Assembly (NCBI GenBank): GCA_963850385.1
Contig: CAWKKS010000001.1
Coordinates: 435,001 to 499,000, forward strand
Reading direction: 5' to 3'
DNA from: Candidatus Dormiibacterota bacterium
GTDB lineage: Bacteria > Chloroflexota > Dormibacteria > Aeolococcales > Aeolococcaceae
DNA length: 64,000 nt
The notes below the pieces were generated by a model. It saw only the letters and a list, made by a program, of their open reading frames with translations, did no database searches and had not been told where the DNA came from. This document shows, one piece after another, positions 20,403 through 30,021 of the stretch (positions are counted from its first letter, which is position 1; every line of letters begins with the position of its first letter). A program made the translations under genes and the position numbers.

Positions 20403-20854
20403 GGCCCGCGAGCGGGAGGCGCGCCTTCACGACCGAAGCGGGCAGCCAGCTGCTCCACGGCGCGGGCCACCTCGCGCCGGGCCGCCGGTTGGCTGGCGCG
20501 CTCCACCGCGCCACCGAAGGCCCCGCCGACGGAGTAGCGAGCCTCGACCCGCAACCGGGATCCTCCTCTCGCCGGGCTGACCTCGATGGTGACTGTGAGG
20601 TCGAGGCCCTCCTCGAGCACCAGGACCATGATGCGCGGCTCGTCCATCTCCTTCACCCGCAGCACGCCGCGGAGGTGACGTCCCACCAGCCCGGCCTCGA
20701 CCTCGAAACGCGCCCCCACGCCGCGCTTGGGACCGCCCATGTGCTTGACACCGCGCACCGCAGGCAACCAGTCGGCGTTGGGGATGTCACTGACCACGGC
20801 GAATGCCGCCTTGGGCGGGACCGGCAGGGTCGCGGTGGCGCTGGCCTCGATCAT
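20399..20854 (-). CDS. SRPBCC (polyketide cyclase/dehydrase-like) family protein
   Basis: 151 aa with SRPBCC-like composition; 4-nt overlap with the sigma-like gene. Confidence 0.55.
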   Translation of the reverse strand: MIEASATATLPVPPKAAFAVVSDIPNADWLPAVRGVKHMGGPKRGVGARFEVEAGLVGRHLRGVLRVKEMDEPRIMVLVLEEGLDLTVTIEVSPARGGSRLRVEARYSVGGAFGGAVERASQPAARREVARAVEQLAARFGREGAPPARGP

Positions 20855-20866
20855 GGCTCCCCCACC

Positions 20867-21736
20867 TCAGTACATCACGGTGGCGAACTCGCCCTGCTGC
20901 TCGAAACCGACGCGCCCGTAGACGCGGAGCGCAGCCGCGTTGTACCCGTTGACGTACAGGGTCACCAGCGGCACCTCCTCCAACAACAGCGAGCACAGCG
21001 CCGTCATCCCGGCCGTGGCCACTCCCCGGCCCCGGCGAGCCGGCCCGGTGAACACCCCCTGCACCTGCGCGACGTCCGGCGTCCAGGCGCTGAGCTCCGC
21101 TTTGAACACGACCTGGCCATTCTCCCTCCACACCCAGCTCCAGCCGCGGTCGACCAGCTGGGTCATGCGCGCCCGCCAGGCGCTGGCATCGGGAGGTGCG
21201 CTGTCGGCACTGAGCTCCTCGCGGTGCATGATCGCCGCTGCCGCGGCGAGCGCGTCGACGTCGCGGCGCGTGCTCCGACGTATCGGACCGGGCGGGAGGA
21301 TGCGCAGCCGCCGACGGTCGACCACCATCACCGGCTGCGGATCGTGGATCTCGCGCGCCCCCCGGGGAGGCTGGAGGCTCGCGTGCAGAGCGCGCACCGC
21401 GTCCCTCGGTCCCACCATGAGGTGCGGCGGCGTGGCGGTGCGGATGGCCTCGGCGAGGCGCACCGCATCCCCGGTGTCGGGAAGGAACGGCACCGTCAGC
21501 GCGCCGGCGAGCACTGCGCCGCGCATCTCGCCGCTGTCGGAGACACACCACCACGGGGCGCCGGTGCCGAGCAGACGCAGCTCGCTGCGCAGGTACACGT
21601 TGGCGACGGGGTCGGTGTCGAGCAGCCGCTCCAACGCTGCCATGTCGACGGGGCCTACTCGGGCGACGGTCAACTGGGCCACCGCCCGATTGTGCCCGGT
21701 CGCGCGACGCCGGCAGCCGCCGAGACCGTGGCGCAT
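20867..21736 (-). CDS. GNAT N-acetyltransferase with an N-terminal DUF4081-like domain
   Basis: C-terminal 'GRGVATAGMTALC…YVNGYNAAALRVYGRVGF' GNAT motif A/B. Start uncertain (ATG 21736, GTG 21682 or ATG 21643). Confidence 0.6.
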   Translation of the reverse strand: MRHGLGGCRRRATGHNRAVAQLTVARVGPVDMAALERLLDTDPVANVYLRSELRLLGTGAPWWCVSDSGEMRGAVLAGALTVPFLPDTGDAVRLAEAIRTATPPHLMVGPRDAVRALHASLQPPRGAREIHDPQPVMVVDRRRLRILPPGPIRRSTRRDVDALAAAAAIMHREELSADSAPPDASAWRARMTQLVDRGWSWVWRENGQVVFKAELSAWTPDVAQVQGVFTGPARRGRGVATAGMTALCSLLLEEVPLVTLYVNGYNAAALRVYGRVGFEQQGEFATVMY

Positions 21737-21788
21737 CGGGACGACACTAGACTGGGCCACCGCCGCGCTCCAACCAGGGAGGACTGCC

Positions 21789-22397
21789 GTGACCCGAGCC
21801 CGACATGCCACCCTCGTCGTGACGGTGGTCGGCGGGATGCTCACGGCCTGTGGCGCGCCGGCGACGCCGCCCGCCACCGTCCTCCCCAGCCCACAGAGCC
21901 CCACACCCACACCGCTCGGGGGCATGCCCCTGCGCACCGAAAGGTTCTCGACGGTGGTGCCGTCGAGGTGGACCGACCGGCTCGGCGACCCGGCTGAGGT
22001 GGCCAAGTTCAGTGCCAACGGCAGGGTGGAGATGCTCGTCGAGCAGCCGCCGCCGGGCAATGTCCAGCCGAACGTCAACGACGTCACCGCCAACATCAAC
22101 GTGCTCCTTCTGCCGTCGCCGGTGCCCGATGACCAGGTTCCCACCTACCTACAGAGCGTCGCCAACAACGGCGCGACCAACCTCAGCTCGGCACGGTCGT
22201 TCACCATCGACGGTGCCACCGGCCAGTTCATCACCTACGACCGCGACATCCAGAGCACACCGGGTGAGAGCCAGGACATGATCATCAACCACCGCGGCAG
22301 CACCTTCGACATCGTGCTCAACACCTCCCAGTTCGCGTTCACCGACCAGCTCGCCGGTCTGCAGGCCGTGCTGGCGGCGTGGCGCTGGAACAGCTGA
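21789..22397 (+). CDS. lipoprotein of unknown function
   Basis: GTG start; signal + lipobox 'GGMLTACG'; divergent from the GNAT operon. Confidence 0.5.
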   Translation: MTRARHATLVVTVVGGMLTACGAPATPPATVLPSPQSPTPTPLGGMPLRTERFSTVVPSRWTDRLGDPAEVAKFSANGRVEMLVEQPPPGNVQPNVNDVTANINVLLLPSPVPDDQVPTYLQSVANNGATNLSSARSFTIDGATGQFITYDRDIQSTPGESQDMIINHRGSTFDIVLNTSQFAFTDQLAGLQAVLAAWRWNS

Positions 22398-22398
22398 G

Positions 22399-23439
22399 GT
22401 GTTGATCATCATGGGCGCGCAGGCGACGCCCGCAGAGATCGCCAACGTCGTGGAGCACGTGCGCGAGCGCGGCTACAGGCCCATCGAGCTACCGGGCGCC
22501 GACAGGCTGGCGATCGGCGTGCTGGGGAGCAACCCCGCGGCGATCCGCGATGCGGTCGTCGCGCTTCCCGGTGTCGTCGATGCCATCCCGGTGAGCAAGC
22601 CGTACAAGATGGTCGGGCTCGAATGGCATCCCCAGCGTTCGGTGGTGAACGTCGGCGGTGTCAGCATCGGCGACGGCTCGCTGACGGTCGCCGCCGGGCC
22701 GTGCGCAGTCGAGAGCGAGGCACAGCTCGTCGAGACGGCGACCAGCGTCGCGTCAGCAGGCGCCAGGTTGCTGCGCGGGGGCGCGTACAAGCCGCGCAGC
22801 TCGCCGTACTCGTTCCGCGGCCTCGGGGCTGAGGGGCTCGAGCACCTGCGCCGCGCGCGCGACGAGACCGGTCTGCCGGTGGTGACGGAGGTTCTGACAC
22901 CGGGGGACGTTGCCGTCGTGGCCGAGGCCGCCGACATGCTCCAGGTGGGTACGCGCAACGCACAGAACTTCAGCCTGCTCGAGGCGGTGGGGGAGGCGGG
23001 CAAGCCGGTGCTGCTCAAGCGGGGCCTGAGCAACACCGTCGAGGAGTGGCTGCTCAGCGCCGAATACATCGTGGCGCACGGCAACCCCGACGTGGTGCTC
23101 TGCGAGCGTGGGATCCGCACGTTCGAGAACGCCACGCGCAACACACTCGACCTCTCCGCGGTTCCACTGGTGCGCTCTCTCTCGCACCTGCCCGTGGTGG
23201 TGGACCCCTCGCACGCCACGGGACACCGGCACCTGGTGCCGGCGATGGCGCTGGCCGCGGTGGCAGCCGGCGCCGACGGCCTGCTCATCGAGGTGCACCC
23301 GTCGCCCGACCAGGCTTTGAGCGACGGCCCGCAATCGCTGACGTTTGAGCAGTTCGGTTTGCTCATGGATGATGTGCGCCGCCTCGTCACGGCATTGCGA
23401 CACGGCCTTGTTGGGGAGATGTCACAGGGCACGCGGTAG
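22399..23439 (+). CDS. aroF: 3-deoxy-7-phosphoheptulonate (DAHP) synthase, class I-beta with N-terminal regulatory domain
   Basis: '[12 protein letters not shown]…[16 protein letters not shown]…[11 protein letters not shown]…[10 protein letters not shown]' motifs. Confidence 0.85.
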   Translation: MLIIMGAQATPAEIANVVEHVRERGYRPIELPGADRLAIGVLGSNPAAIRDAVVALPGVVDAIPVSKPYKMVGLEWHPQRSVVNVGGVSIGDGSLTVAAGPCAVESEAQLVETATSVASAGARLLRGGAYKPRSSPYSFRGLGAEGLEHLRRARDETGLPVVTEVLTPGDVAVVAEAADMLQVGTRNAQNFSLLEAVGEAGKPVLLKRGLSNTVEEWLLSAEYIVAHGNPDVVLCERGIRTFENATRNTLDLSAVPLVRSLSHLPVVVDPSHATGHRHLVPAMALAAVAAGADGLLIEVHPSPDQALSDGPQSLTFEQFGLLMDDVRRLVTALRHGLVGEMSQGTR

Positions 23440-23467
23440 GATCAGGGCGCGCCACCCGGCGTGCACC

Positions 23468-24148
23468 ATGCCATTGTTCCGCCGCCGTCCACCCACCGAG
23501 TTCGCCTCGCCTGTCGGCACGCTCCCATGTTCGGAGCGCGGCTGCGCCAACGAGACGGCGATCAAGTGCGCGTACCTCGATCGGCGGGGCCGCGCGTGCA
23601 CCATCGCCTTCTGTCCCGATCACTGGGCGGAGGTGGGCGGCATCCAGTACTGCCGTCGCCACGCCGGCACGATCAGCGCGATGGGACCAGACACCGAGCT
23701 CGGCGCGCTTCCCGAGCTGGAGAACCGCGGACCGTCGCTGGTGAGCTGGGTCGCCGACGAGATCGGCTCCGAGGTCGAGCAGTTGCTGCGCAGGGTGGCT
23801 CGCGACGGTGAGACCGTCAAGACCGAGGCGGCTGTGAAGGTCATCTTCGATCACCAGCGCCGCCGCCGGTATGAGCGCAGCTGGAAGCTGATCGAGAGCA
23901 CCGGCATCAGCATCAAGGTGGCCCTGACGGTGAACGAGGACGAGGACGACGCACTCGTGGATGTGCGTGTGAACTCCAACGTCATCGCCCGCGGGGTGCC
24001 GCCGTGGATCGCCCGGCGCCGCGCCGGGCTTGCCGTTGGAGGCCAGGTCGACAAGGACCAGCGCGAGCTGTTCCATCGCTTCTTCGTCAACCACATCGCC
24101 GAGGAGGTTGCCGCGCAGCGCTCCTCGGAATCCCGCCTGACCGCGTAA
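23468..24148 (+). CDS. hypothetical protein with an N-terminal Cys/His-rich putative zinc-ribbon
   Basis: 'CSERGCANETAIKCAYLDRRGRACTIAFCPDHWAEVGGIQYCRRH'; ATG at 23468. Confidence 0.45.
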   Translation: MPLFRRRPPTEFASPVGTLPCSERGCANETAIKCAYLDRRGRACTIAFCPDHWAEVGGIQYCRRHAGTISAMGPDTELGALPELENRGPSLVSWVADEIGSEVEQLLRRVARDGETVKTEAAVKVIFDHQRRRRYERSWKLIESTGISIKVALTVNEDEDDALVDVRVNSNVIARGVPPWIARRRAGLAVGGQVDKDQRELFHRFFVNHIAEEVAAQRSSESRLTA

Positions 24149-24160
24149 GCGGGCGCCGTC

Positions 24161-25354
24161 TCAGACGGCGCCGATGGGCGCGCCGACAACGTCGAGCAGC
24201 GGTCCCATCAGTTGCGCTGCGGTCACCTCGGCATCGCGTGGTGGCGCCGCGACCGGTGGGCGAGCGATGAGCTCGTCGAGGACCGCCAGCGCCCCCGGTG
24301 TGTCGAGGTCGTGGTCGATGCAGCTCATGAAGTCGTCGTGCACCGCCTGCGCGGTGCTGGCCGTGAAGGTCGCGCCGCTGCCGGCCGCGGCACGGTAGGC
24401 GAGCCACCGCGAGCGGGCGCTCTCCAGCTCGGCGTCGTCGTACTCCCAGGCGGTGCGATGGTGGTGGGCAGAGAGCAGCAGCCTGATCACCGACGCCGGC
24501 GCTCGATCGAGCAGCTCGCGAACGAACACCAGGTTGCCCAGTGACTTGCTCATCTTCTCGCCTCGGTATCCGACCATGGCGACGTGCACCCAGTGGCGCA
24601 CATAGGGAGACACGCCGGCGCACACCGCCTGCGCGATCTCCGACTCATGGTGGGGGAAGATGAGGTCGTCACCTCCACCGTGGACGTCGATGGGCAGGGC
24701 GAGCTCGTTGGTGGCGAGCACCGTGCACTCGATGTGCCAACCGGGACGACCGTCACTCCAGGGTGACGGCCACCGGGGCTCGTCCGGCAGCGACGGCTGC
24801 CAGAGGACGAAGTCGAGCGGGCGTCGCTTGCGGGGATCGTCGGGGTTGCCGCCACGCTGCCGCGACAGGCGAACCATGCTCTCCACGTCGAGGCCGCTCA
24901 ACGCGCCGTATTGCGCGAAGCGCGCCACGTCGAAGTACACCCATCCCTCGGATTCGTAAGCGGCCTCGTTGCGGATGAGGCGGCGCACCCAGTCGACCAT
25001 CTCCGGCACGCGAGCGCTGGCCCGTGGTGAGGCGTCGACCTCGAGCAACCCGAGGTCAGCCATGTCGCGATCAAAGCGTTGTGCCTCGCGCTCTCCCAGG
25101 CTGCGGTAGTCGACGCCCCGCTGGCGCGCGACGCGCAGGATGTCGTCGTCCACGTCGGTGACGTTGCGCACGCTGCGCACCTCCACGCCATCCGCCCGCA
25201 GGCGTCGCGCGATGACATCGAAGGTGTGGTACGTGAAGGCGTGGCCGAGGTGGCCGCCGTCGTATGGCGTGATGCCGCACACGTACATCCCGACGCGACC
25301 ATCGCGCGGGGTCAGCGTGGTGAGCGCGCCGGTCGCAGTGTCGAAGAGCTGCAC
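24161..25354 (-). CDS. class-I cysteine ligase, most likely MshC (mycothiol ligase); CysS not excluded
   Basis: 'MYVCGITPYDGGHLGHAFTYHTFDVIARRL…NVTDVDDDI' and 'KMSKSLGN' motifs. ~398 aa with no C-terminal anticodon-binding extension, which fits MshC better than CysS. Confidence 0.7.
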   Translation of the reverse strand: MQLFDTATGALTTLTPRDGRVGMYVCGITPYDGGHLGHAFTYHTFDVIARRLRADGVEVRSVRNVTDVDDDILRVARQRGVDYRSLGEREAQRFDRDMADLGLLEVDASPRASARVPEMVDWVRRLIRNEAAYESEGWVYFDVARFAQYGALSGLDVESMVRLSRQRGGNPDDPRKRRPLDFVLWQPSLPDEPRWPSPWSDGRPGWHIECTVLATNELALPIDVHGGGDDLIFPHHESEIAQAVCAGVSPYVRHWVHVAMVGYRGEKMSKSLGNLVFVRELLDRAPASVIRLLLSAHHHRTAWEYDDAELESARSRWLAYRAAAGSGATFTASTAQAVHDDFMSCIDHDLDTPGALAVLDELIARPPVAAPPRDAEVTAAQLMGPLLDVVGAPIGAV

Positions 25355-25391
25355 GTCAGACGATTGTAGGGAGCCGCTGGTGGGCAGCCGG

Positions 25392-25835
25392 TCAGCCGGC
25401 CGGCTCCGCCAGCTCCCGGCGAGCCGCGTCGAGCGCGGTGCGGGTGTCCGCGAAGCTGGCGCGCTCACGCGCCTGCTCGAAGCTGAGCCATTCCACCTCG
25501 TCGATCTCGCCGGGCTGTGCGGTCGCGGTGGCACCTGCGGGGGCGGTCACAAGGAAGTGCTCCACCCGCTTGAGGATCAGCCTCCCACCTCGACGGTAGA
25601 CGTACTCCGATGACGAGAGGCCGGTGACCAGCTCGAGCGCTGCGAGGGCCACGCCGCACTCCTCGGACATCTCCCGCAGCGCGGCCTGAGCAGCCGTCTC
25701 ACCGGGCTCGATGTGACCCTTGGGCAGTCCCCAGTAACGGTCTGCCCGTACCAGGCACACCTCCCAGCCATCGGCCGAGGGCCGCGCGAGCACACCACCC
25801 GCGGAGGCTTCGTCGACGCGGTGGCGGCGTGGCAT
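25392..25835 (-). CDS. NUDIX hydrolase
   Basis: Nudix box 'GHIEPGETAAQAALREMSEECGV'. Confidence 0.7.
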   Translation of the reverse strand: MPRRHRVDEASAGGVLARPSADGWEVCLVRADRYWGLPKGHIEPGETAAQAALREMSEECGVALAALELVTGLSSSEYVYRRGGRLILKRVEHFLVTAPAGATATAQPGEIDEVEWLSFEQARERASFADTRTALDAARRELAEPAG

Positions 25836-25897
25836 GGCGGGAGCGTAGCCAAGCGCCGGGATGATGCAAACCCCGATGCTATGATCCTGCTCCGCGC

Positions 25898-25976
25898 GGC
25901 CCCGTGGTGTAGCCTGGCCTAACACGCCACCCTGTCAAGGTGGAGATCGTCGGTTCAAATCCGATCGGGGTCGCCA
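25898..25976 (+). tRNA. tRNA-Asp (anticodon GUC)
   Basis: Hand-folded cloverleaf: acceptor GGCCCCG/CGGGGTC, anticodon stem CCACC/GGTGG with loop CTGTCAA, T-arm GTCGG-TTCAAAT-CCGAT, discriminator G, genomically encoded CCA. Confidence 0.85.
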
Positions 25977-26752
25977 CCTTGAGCCGGGGGCGGGACTGAG
26001 TCGTCGTGCGCGGGCCACCGCGGTGCGACGAGCAGACTGCGCAGACGATCGAGTTGCACCGCGTTCACACCGATCCCGGCAAGGTAGCTCGCGGCGCCGC
26101 CATGGTCGGATCCGATGCGCTCGACGGTCTGGACCATCGCCTCCCGCCGCACGGTGAAGAGCCGTTCGGCACGCACATCGTCCATGCCCCGTTCGACTGC
26201 GCTGAGCCGGTCGCGAGCGAGCATCTCGGCGAGCTGGACGCCACTGAGCGCGTAGTCGTCGGCGATTGCCTCCGCGTCCACGCCCGCCAGGAGCAGGACG
26301 AGCGCGACCACCACGCCGGTGCGGTCCTTGCCCGCGTGACAATGAACCAGCACCGGTGCGGTGGTCGCGTCGGCGATGGCCTCCATGGCGGCGCGGACAC
26401 CGTGACCGAGGTCGCGCAGCCACCAGCAGTACACGTCGGATGCGGTGGTGAGGCCGGCGGGGAACTCATCCTCGTCGGTGAAGATCGGGGCGGCGACACT
26501 GTTGATCCGGCCGGCGGTGGCCAGCCGGTTGGGCAGCTCCGCCCGCTCGGACTCGGTGCGGAGGTCCACCACCGTGCTGACCCCCGCGTCAGCCAGCACC
26601 CGGGCGCCGGCGCTGTCGAGGTTGTGCGGCGAGTCGCTGCGGAGCAGCCGCCCGAAGCGCGTCCGGCCGCCGCCGCGGCGGGGAAGGCCGCCGAGGTCGC
26701 GCAGGTTGAGCAGGCCGTCGACGCGGACGCTGTCGGATTGCTCGGTGACCAT
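25955..26752 (-). CDS. protein-tyrosine phosphatase family protein (CX5R)
   Basis: 'VLVHCHAGKDRTGVVVALVL' P-loop; the last ~7 codons overlap the tRNA-Asp 3' end on the opposite strand. Confidence 0.7.
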   Translation of the reverse strand: MVTEQSDSVRVDGLLNLRDLGGLPRRGGGRTRFGRLLRSDSPHNLDSAGARVLADAGVSTVVDLRTESERAELPNRLATAGRINSVAAPIFTDEDEFPAGLTTASDVYCWWLRDLGHGVRAAMEAIADATTAPVLVHCHAGKDRTGVVVALVLLLAGVDAEAIADDYALSGVQLAEMLARDRLSAVERGMDDVRAERLFTVRREAMVQTVERIGSDHGGAASYLAGIGVNAVQLDRLRSLLVAPRWPAHDDSVPPPAQGGDPDRI

Positions 26753-26886
26753 CTCAGTACCCTACCCGACGATCGCCTCTGCACCGCCTCCCGAAGGTCG
26801 CGCCGTGATCCGCGACCTCGATGGCGCCCGGCTCGGCCGCCGCGCCAACCCGGGCTGGAGGGCCGGGCGAGTCCAGGCCGGTTCGA

Positions 26887-27651
26887 TCACCGGAATTGGA
26901 CGTGCTGGCGCCAGGCGCGCAGCACATCGACGTCGCCGCTCACCGTGACCGTGTCGACGCCGCGTCGATTCATCAGCACCGCGAAGAGGTCGTCGGCGCG
27001 ACCGTCGAGCGCGCAGTCGCCCGCGCGGTCTGACCCATGTTCGACCAGCAGGCCGTCCTGGCGCATGGTCACCAGCCAGTCATCACCGGTGTCGCTCGCG
27101 CAGACGCGGAGCGTCCGTGCATGCCCGGCGGGCATGGCGACGCGGGACGGAGCCAGCATCAGCCACTCATCGATACCGTCGGCGGCGATGCGTGCCGGCA
27201 TCGCCGTCTCGGGGACGCGCACCGCCTGCTCGGCGTCGAGCCGGTGGATGCCGGTCTCATGGGCCTGGCGTCGCGCCCAGAAGGACCGCGGGTCGGGGGC
27301 CGCGCCCCACGCCCAGAAGACATCGGCGGCTGAGCTGGCCGCCAGCACCTCGAGCAGTTGCGAGTGCCCCTCGCGGTACCACGCCAGCAGCGCCTGCCAC
27401 TCACGCGGTCCGACGAAGTCGCGGCGCAGGCGCTCCCGCCTTCGCTCGCGGACGATCGTCGCCGCCCAGCGGTGGACGTCCCCGAGGTGACGTACCAGCG
27501 CGCCGAGATCCCAGCCGGGGCACCCGGGGACGGGCGAACCTGCTGGGCCGCCCTCCGCGGCGTCGGCAAACCGCCTGCCTTCGTCATCGAGGCTCGCCAT
27601 CCAGTCCGCCACGGTCAGCACCGTACCGCCGGGACTGTGGAGTTCGGTCAT
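26887..27651 (-). CDS. mycothiol-dependent maleylpyruvate isomerase-family (DinB_2/TIGR03083) protein
   Basis: N-terminal 'WDLGALVRHLGDVHRWAATIV' metal-binding motif. Confidence 0.65.
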   Translation of the reverse strand: MTELHSPGGTVLTVADWMASLDDEGRRFADAAEGGPAGSPVPGCPGWDLGALVRHLGDVHRWAATIVRERRRERLRRDFVGPREWQALLAWYREGHSQLLEVLAASSAADVFWAWGAAPDPRSFWARRQAHETGIHRLDAEQAVRVPETAMPARIAADGIDEWLMLAPSRVAMPAGHARTLRVCASDTGDDWLVTMRQDGLLVEHGSDRAGDCALDGRADDLFAVLMNRRGVDTVTVSGDVDVLRAWRQHVQFR

Positions 27652-27775
27652 GCCAGTTGTCGCTTCTCGTCCGGTTGGAGATCACCGTTCACGGCGTCGC
27701 AGGCGCGGGTGTGGCCATCGTATGCGAGGGCGCCAGCGGAATCGCCCGTCCGGCACGAATATCTACACTGCGGAC

Positions 27776-27988
27776 GTGTGCCGGAGCATCAAGACGCTGC
27801 GTGGTGGCGAACCAACCGACGATGAGGTGCGGGCCGCGGCGCTCCAGTTCGTTCGCAAGGTGAGCGGTTACAGGGTCCCGTCGGCGGCGAACCGCGCGGC
27901 CTTCGACGCGGCTGTCGACGAGGTTGCCGCGTCGACAGTGCAGCTGCTCGAGCACCTTCCGCCCGCGCGGGGTGCGCACGTCACCTGA
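27776..27988 (+). CDS. DUF2277-family small protein
   Basis: GTG start giving '(M)CRSIKTLRGGEPTDDEVRAAALQFVRKVSG'. Confidence 0.5.
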   Translation: MCRSIKTLRGGEPTDDEVRAAALQFVRKVSGYRVPSAANRAAFDAAVDEVAASTVQLLEHLPPARGAHVT

Positions 27989-27994
27989 CCGGGG

Positions 27995-28849
27995 TCAGCC
28001 CGGCGCGACCGCCACGGGAGCGTGCGCATCGAGCCAACGCGCCACGTCATCGAGCACGAGGTCACGCTCGGGCTCGTTGAACACCTCGTGGTACAGGCCG
28101 TCGTAGATGCGCAGCTGGTGATCCGCTGACCCGACGTGGGTATCGACCCACCGTGCCGCGCCGGGATCGACGAGCAGGTCGACGGTGCCCTGCACGCTCA
28201 GCACGGGCAGGCGCAGGCGGCCGATGCCGCGCTGCACCTCGTCGATGGCGCGCAGGATCTCGGCGCCGGTCCGGGCGCGCACCCGGCCCCGGTGCACCAG
28301 CGGGTCGGAGCGGTAGGAGTCGACTACCTGGGGGTCGCGGCTGACGGCGTCCAGTCGCAGCGGGAGGACCGGCAGGTTGGAGGCCCACCGCGACAGGAAC
28401 CGACCCGCCCGCGCCGTGGTGGCTGACATCGCAGCGGGTGGCAGGACGCTGGGTGACGAGAGCACCAGGCCCTGCAGCCTCTCCTGGTGGCGGAGGGCGT
28501 ACACGGCCGCGATCAGGCCGCCCAGGCTGTGGCCCAGCAGGAAGTGGGGCTGGGGCGCCCCGGTGAGCACGTCACGGATGTACCGGTCGAGGTCGGCGAT
28601 CCAGTCGTCGAAGCGCTCCACCGCGGCGCGTCGGCCGCCGGACAGCCCGTGCCCGCGGTGGTCGGGCGCGGCGACCATCCAGCCGTCCCGTACCAGCCGC
28701 TGCGCGACGTGCTGGTAGCGCCCCGCGTGCTCGTTGATGCCGTGCGCGATGACCACGGTGCCCCGAGCGGACCCAGCCGGCAGCCACTCGCGGTGCGCGA
28801 TGGGCACGCCGCGCACCCCGCTGAAGGTTCCACGGCGCTGGCGCACCGC
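27995..28849 (-). CDS. alpha/beta hydrolase (lysophospholipase/monoacylglycerol-lipase-like)
   Basis: 'VIAHGINEHAGRY…LLGHSLGGLIAAVYA' nucleophile elbow; start approximate. Confidence 0.7.
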   Translation of the reverse strand, partial: AVRQRRGTFSGVRGVPIAHREWLPAGSARGTVVIAHGINEHAGRYQHVAQRLVRDGWMVAAPDHRGHGLSGGRRAAVERFDDWIADLDRYIRDVLTGAPQPHFLLGHSLGGLIAAVYALRHQERLQGLVLSSPSVLPPAAMSATTARAGRFLSRWASNLPVLPLRLDAVSRDPQVVDSYRSDPLVHRGRVRARTGAEILRAIDEVQRGIGRLRLPVLSVQGTVDLLVDPGAARWVDTHVGSADHQLRIYDGLYHEVFNEPERDLVLDDVARWLDAHAPVAVAPG

Positions 28850-28886
28850 GCCATGGTGGCTGTCGCCGCCAGGGTTGTCCAACCGC

Positions 28887-29801
28887 TCAGGCGTGCGCGG
28901 GAGCGGCTTCGTGCTGCGTGGCGGCGGGGACCGCAGTGGCGTCGGCGGTGCGCGGCAGGCCACTGACGCGCAGCAGCAGCTCATCCTTGAGCCGGTCCGG
29001 CAGGAAGCGCGAGAGGGGGATCAGCAGCCTGGCCTGCCGCCCCACCGGGTAGCGGGCGCGGGGGTGCGCAGACAGCAGCGCGTTCTCGACCGCCCGCGCC
29101 ACCTCGATGGCGTCGACGCCGGTCTCGTTCTGGTGGATCACCGTCCGGTTGGCGATCTCCACCGCCCTTCCGTACAGGGTGCGCCACTCGGCCGGCGCAC
29201 CACCGAGGAGGTCGGCACCCGCCTGCAGCCCCTTCTCCCAGATCGGGGTCTTCACGGCCCCCGGCTGGATCAGCGAGACCGAGATGCCCCAGGGGCGGAG
29301 CTCCAGGCGCAGCGCGTCGCTGATCGCCTCAAGGGCGTGCTTGCTGGCGCAGTACGGGGCGGCCATGGGTTGCGCCAGCCGACCGCCCAGGGAGCCCACG
29401 GTCACGATGCGACCGCGGTTCTGACGCAACAGCGGTGTGAAGGCCTGCACCATCGAAACCACGCCAAGCACGTTGATCTCAAGCTGCGCGCGCCATCGCT
29501 CCAGCGGCACGAACTCCACAGGTCCCGCCACGGCGATGCCGGCATTGTTGACGATCCCCGCCAGGCGCGAATCCTGGACGGCGTCGCCCACCAGCCGAGC
29601 CGCCGCCTCCACCTGTTCGCGATCGGTGACATCGAGCCGGATCGGCACCAGGCGGTCGCTGGAGTCGCCGCGCAGGCTCTCGCCGTCCTCATCGCGACGG
29701 ACCCCGGCGAAGACGCGAAAGCCGAGCGCGTCGAGGTGCAGCGCGGTTGCCCGGCCGATACCGGTCGATGCCCCACTGATCACCACGGAGGTTCCATCCA
29801 T
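28887..29801 (-). CDS. SDR-family oxidoreductase
   Basis: 'VVISGASTGIGRATA' Rossmann motif, 'YCASKHAL' catalytic YxxxK. Confidence 0.8.
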   Translation of the reverse strand: MDGTSVVISGASTGIGRATALHLDALGFRVFAGVRRDEDGESLRGDSSDRLVPIRLDVTDREQVEAAARLVGDAVQDSRLAGIVNNAGIAVAGPVEFVPLERWRAQLEINVLGVVSMVQAFTPLLRQNRGRIVTVGSLGGRLAQPMAAPYCASKHALEAISDALRLELRPWGISVSLIQPGAVKTPIWEKGLQAGADLLGGAPAEWRTLYGRAVEIANRTVIHQNETGVDAIEVARAVENALLSAHPRARYPVGRQARLLIPLSRFLPDRLKDELLLRVSGLPRTADATAVPAATQHEAAPAHA

Positions 29802-30021
29802 GCCGCGACCTCTCCTCACCTACGTGGCGATTGTGGCCCGCGCCGCCCCCAGCCGGCCAACCGGGAAGCGCGGCGGTGACGGAGGGAGGCCCGGCCGGCA
29901 GGTCGGCCGGGGCCCCCGGGAAGGGGGCCGGTCAGACGCGGTTGACGCCGCTGCGTGGTGTGGCGCTGATCCTCACCAGCTTGGTGACGATCCAGGCGGC
30001 GATGGTGTAGATGACGGCGGC

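Noticed and set aside
20489-21997. 502-aa + strand ORF and 255-aa − ORF across the GNAT/SRPBCC region
   Set aside because: His/Arg/Gly-rich antisense artefacts.
24161-25534. Full 457-aa ORF for the cysteine ligase
   Set aside because: The first ~60 residues are Arg/Ser/Pro-rich and overlap the NUDIX gene region. Start moved to GTG 25354, which is 22 aa before the MYVCG motif as in characterised homologues.
25898-26000. Possible integrative element or genomic island at tRNA-Asp or tRNA-Pro
   Set aside because: No integrase or recombinase, and no direct repeat of a tRNA 3' end, was found nearby. The BldC/excisionase-like HTH gene at 6755 is ~19 kb away and looks like a standalone regulator.
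29820-30021. Short reverse-strand reading frame '…AAVIYTIAAWIVTKLVRISATPRSGVNRV*' in the SDR–MpaB intergenic region
   Set aside because: No in-frame start codon after the preceding stop; probably a non-coding or decayed fragment.
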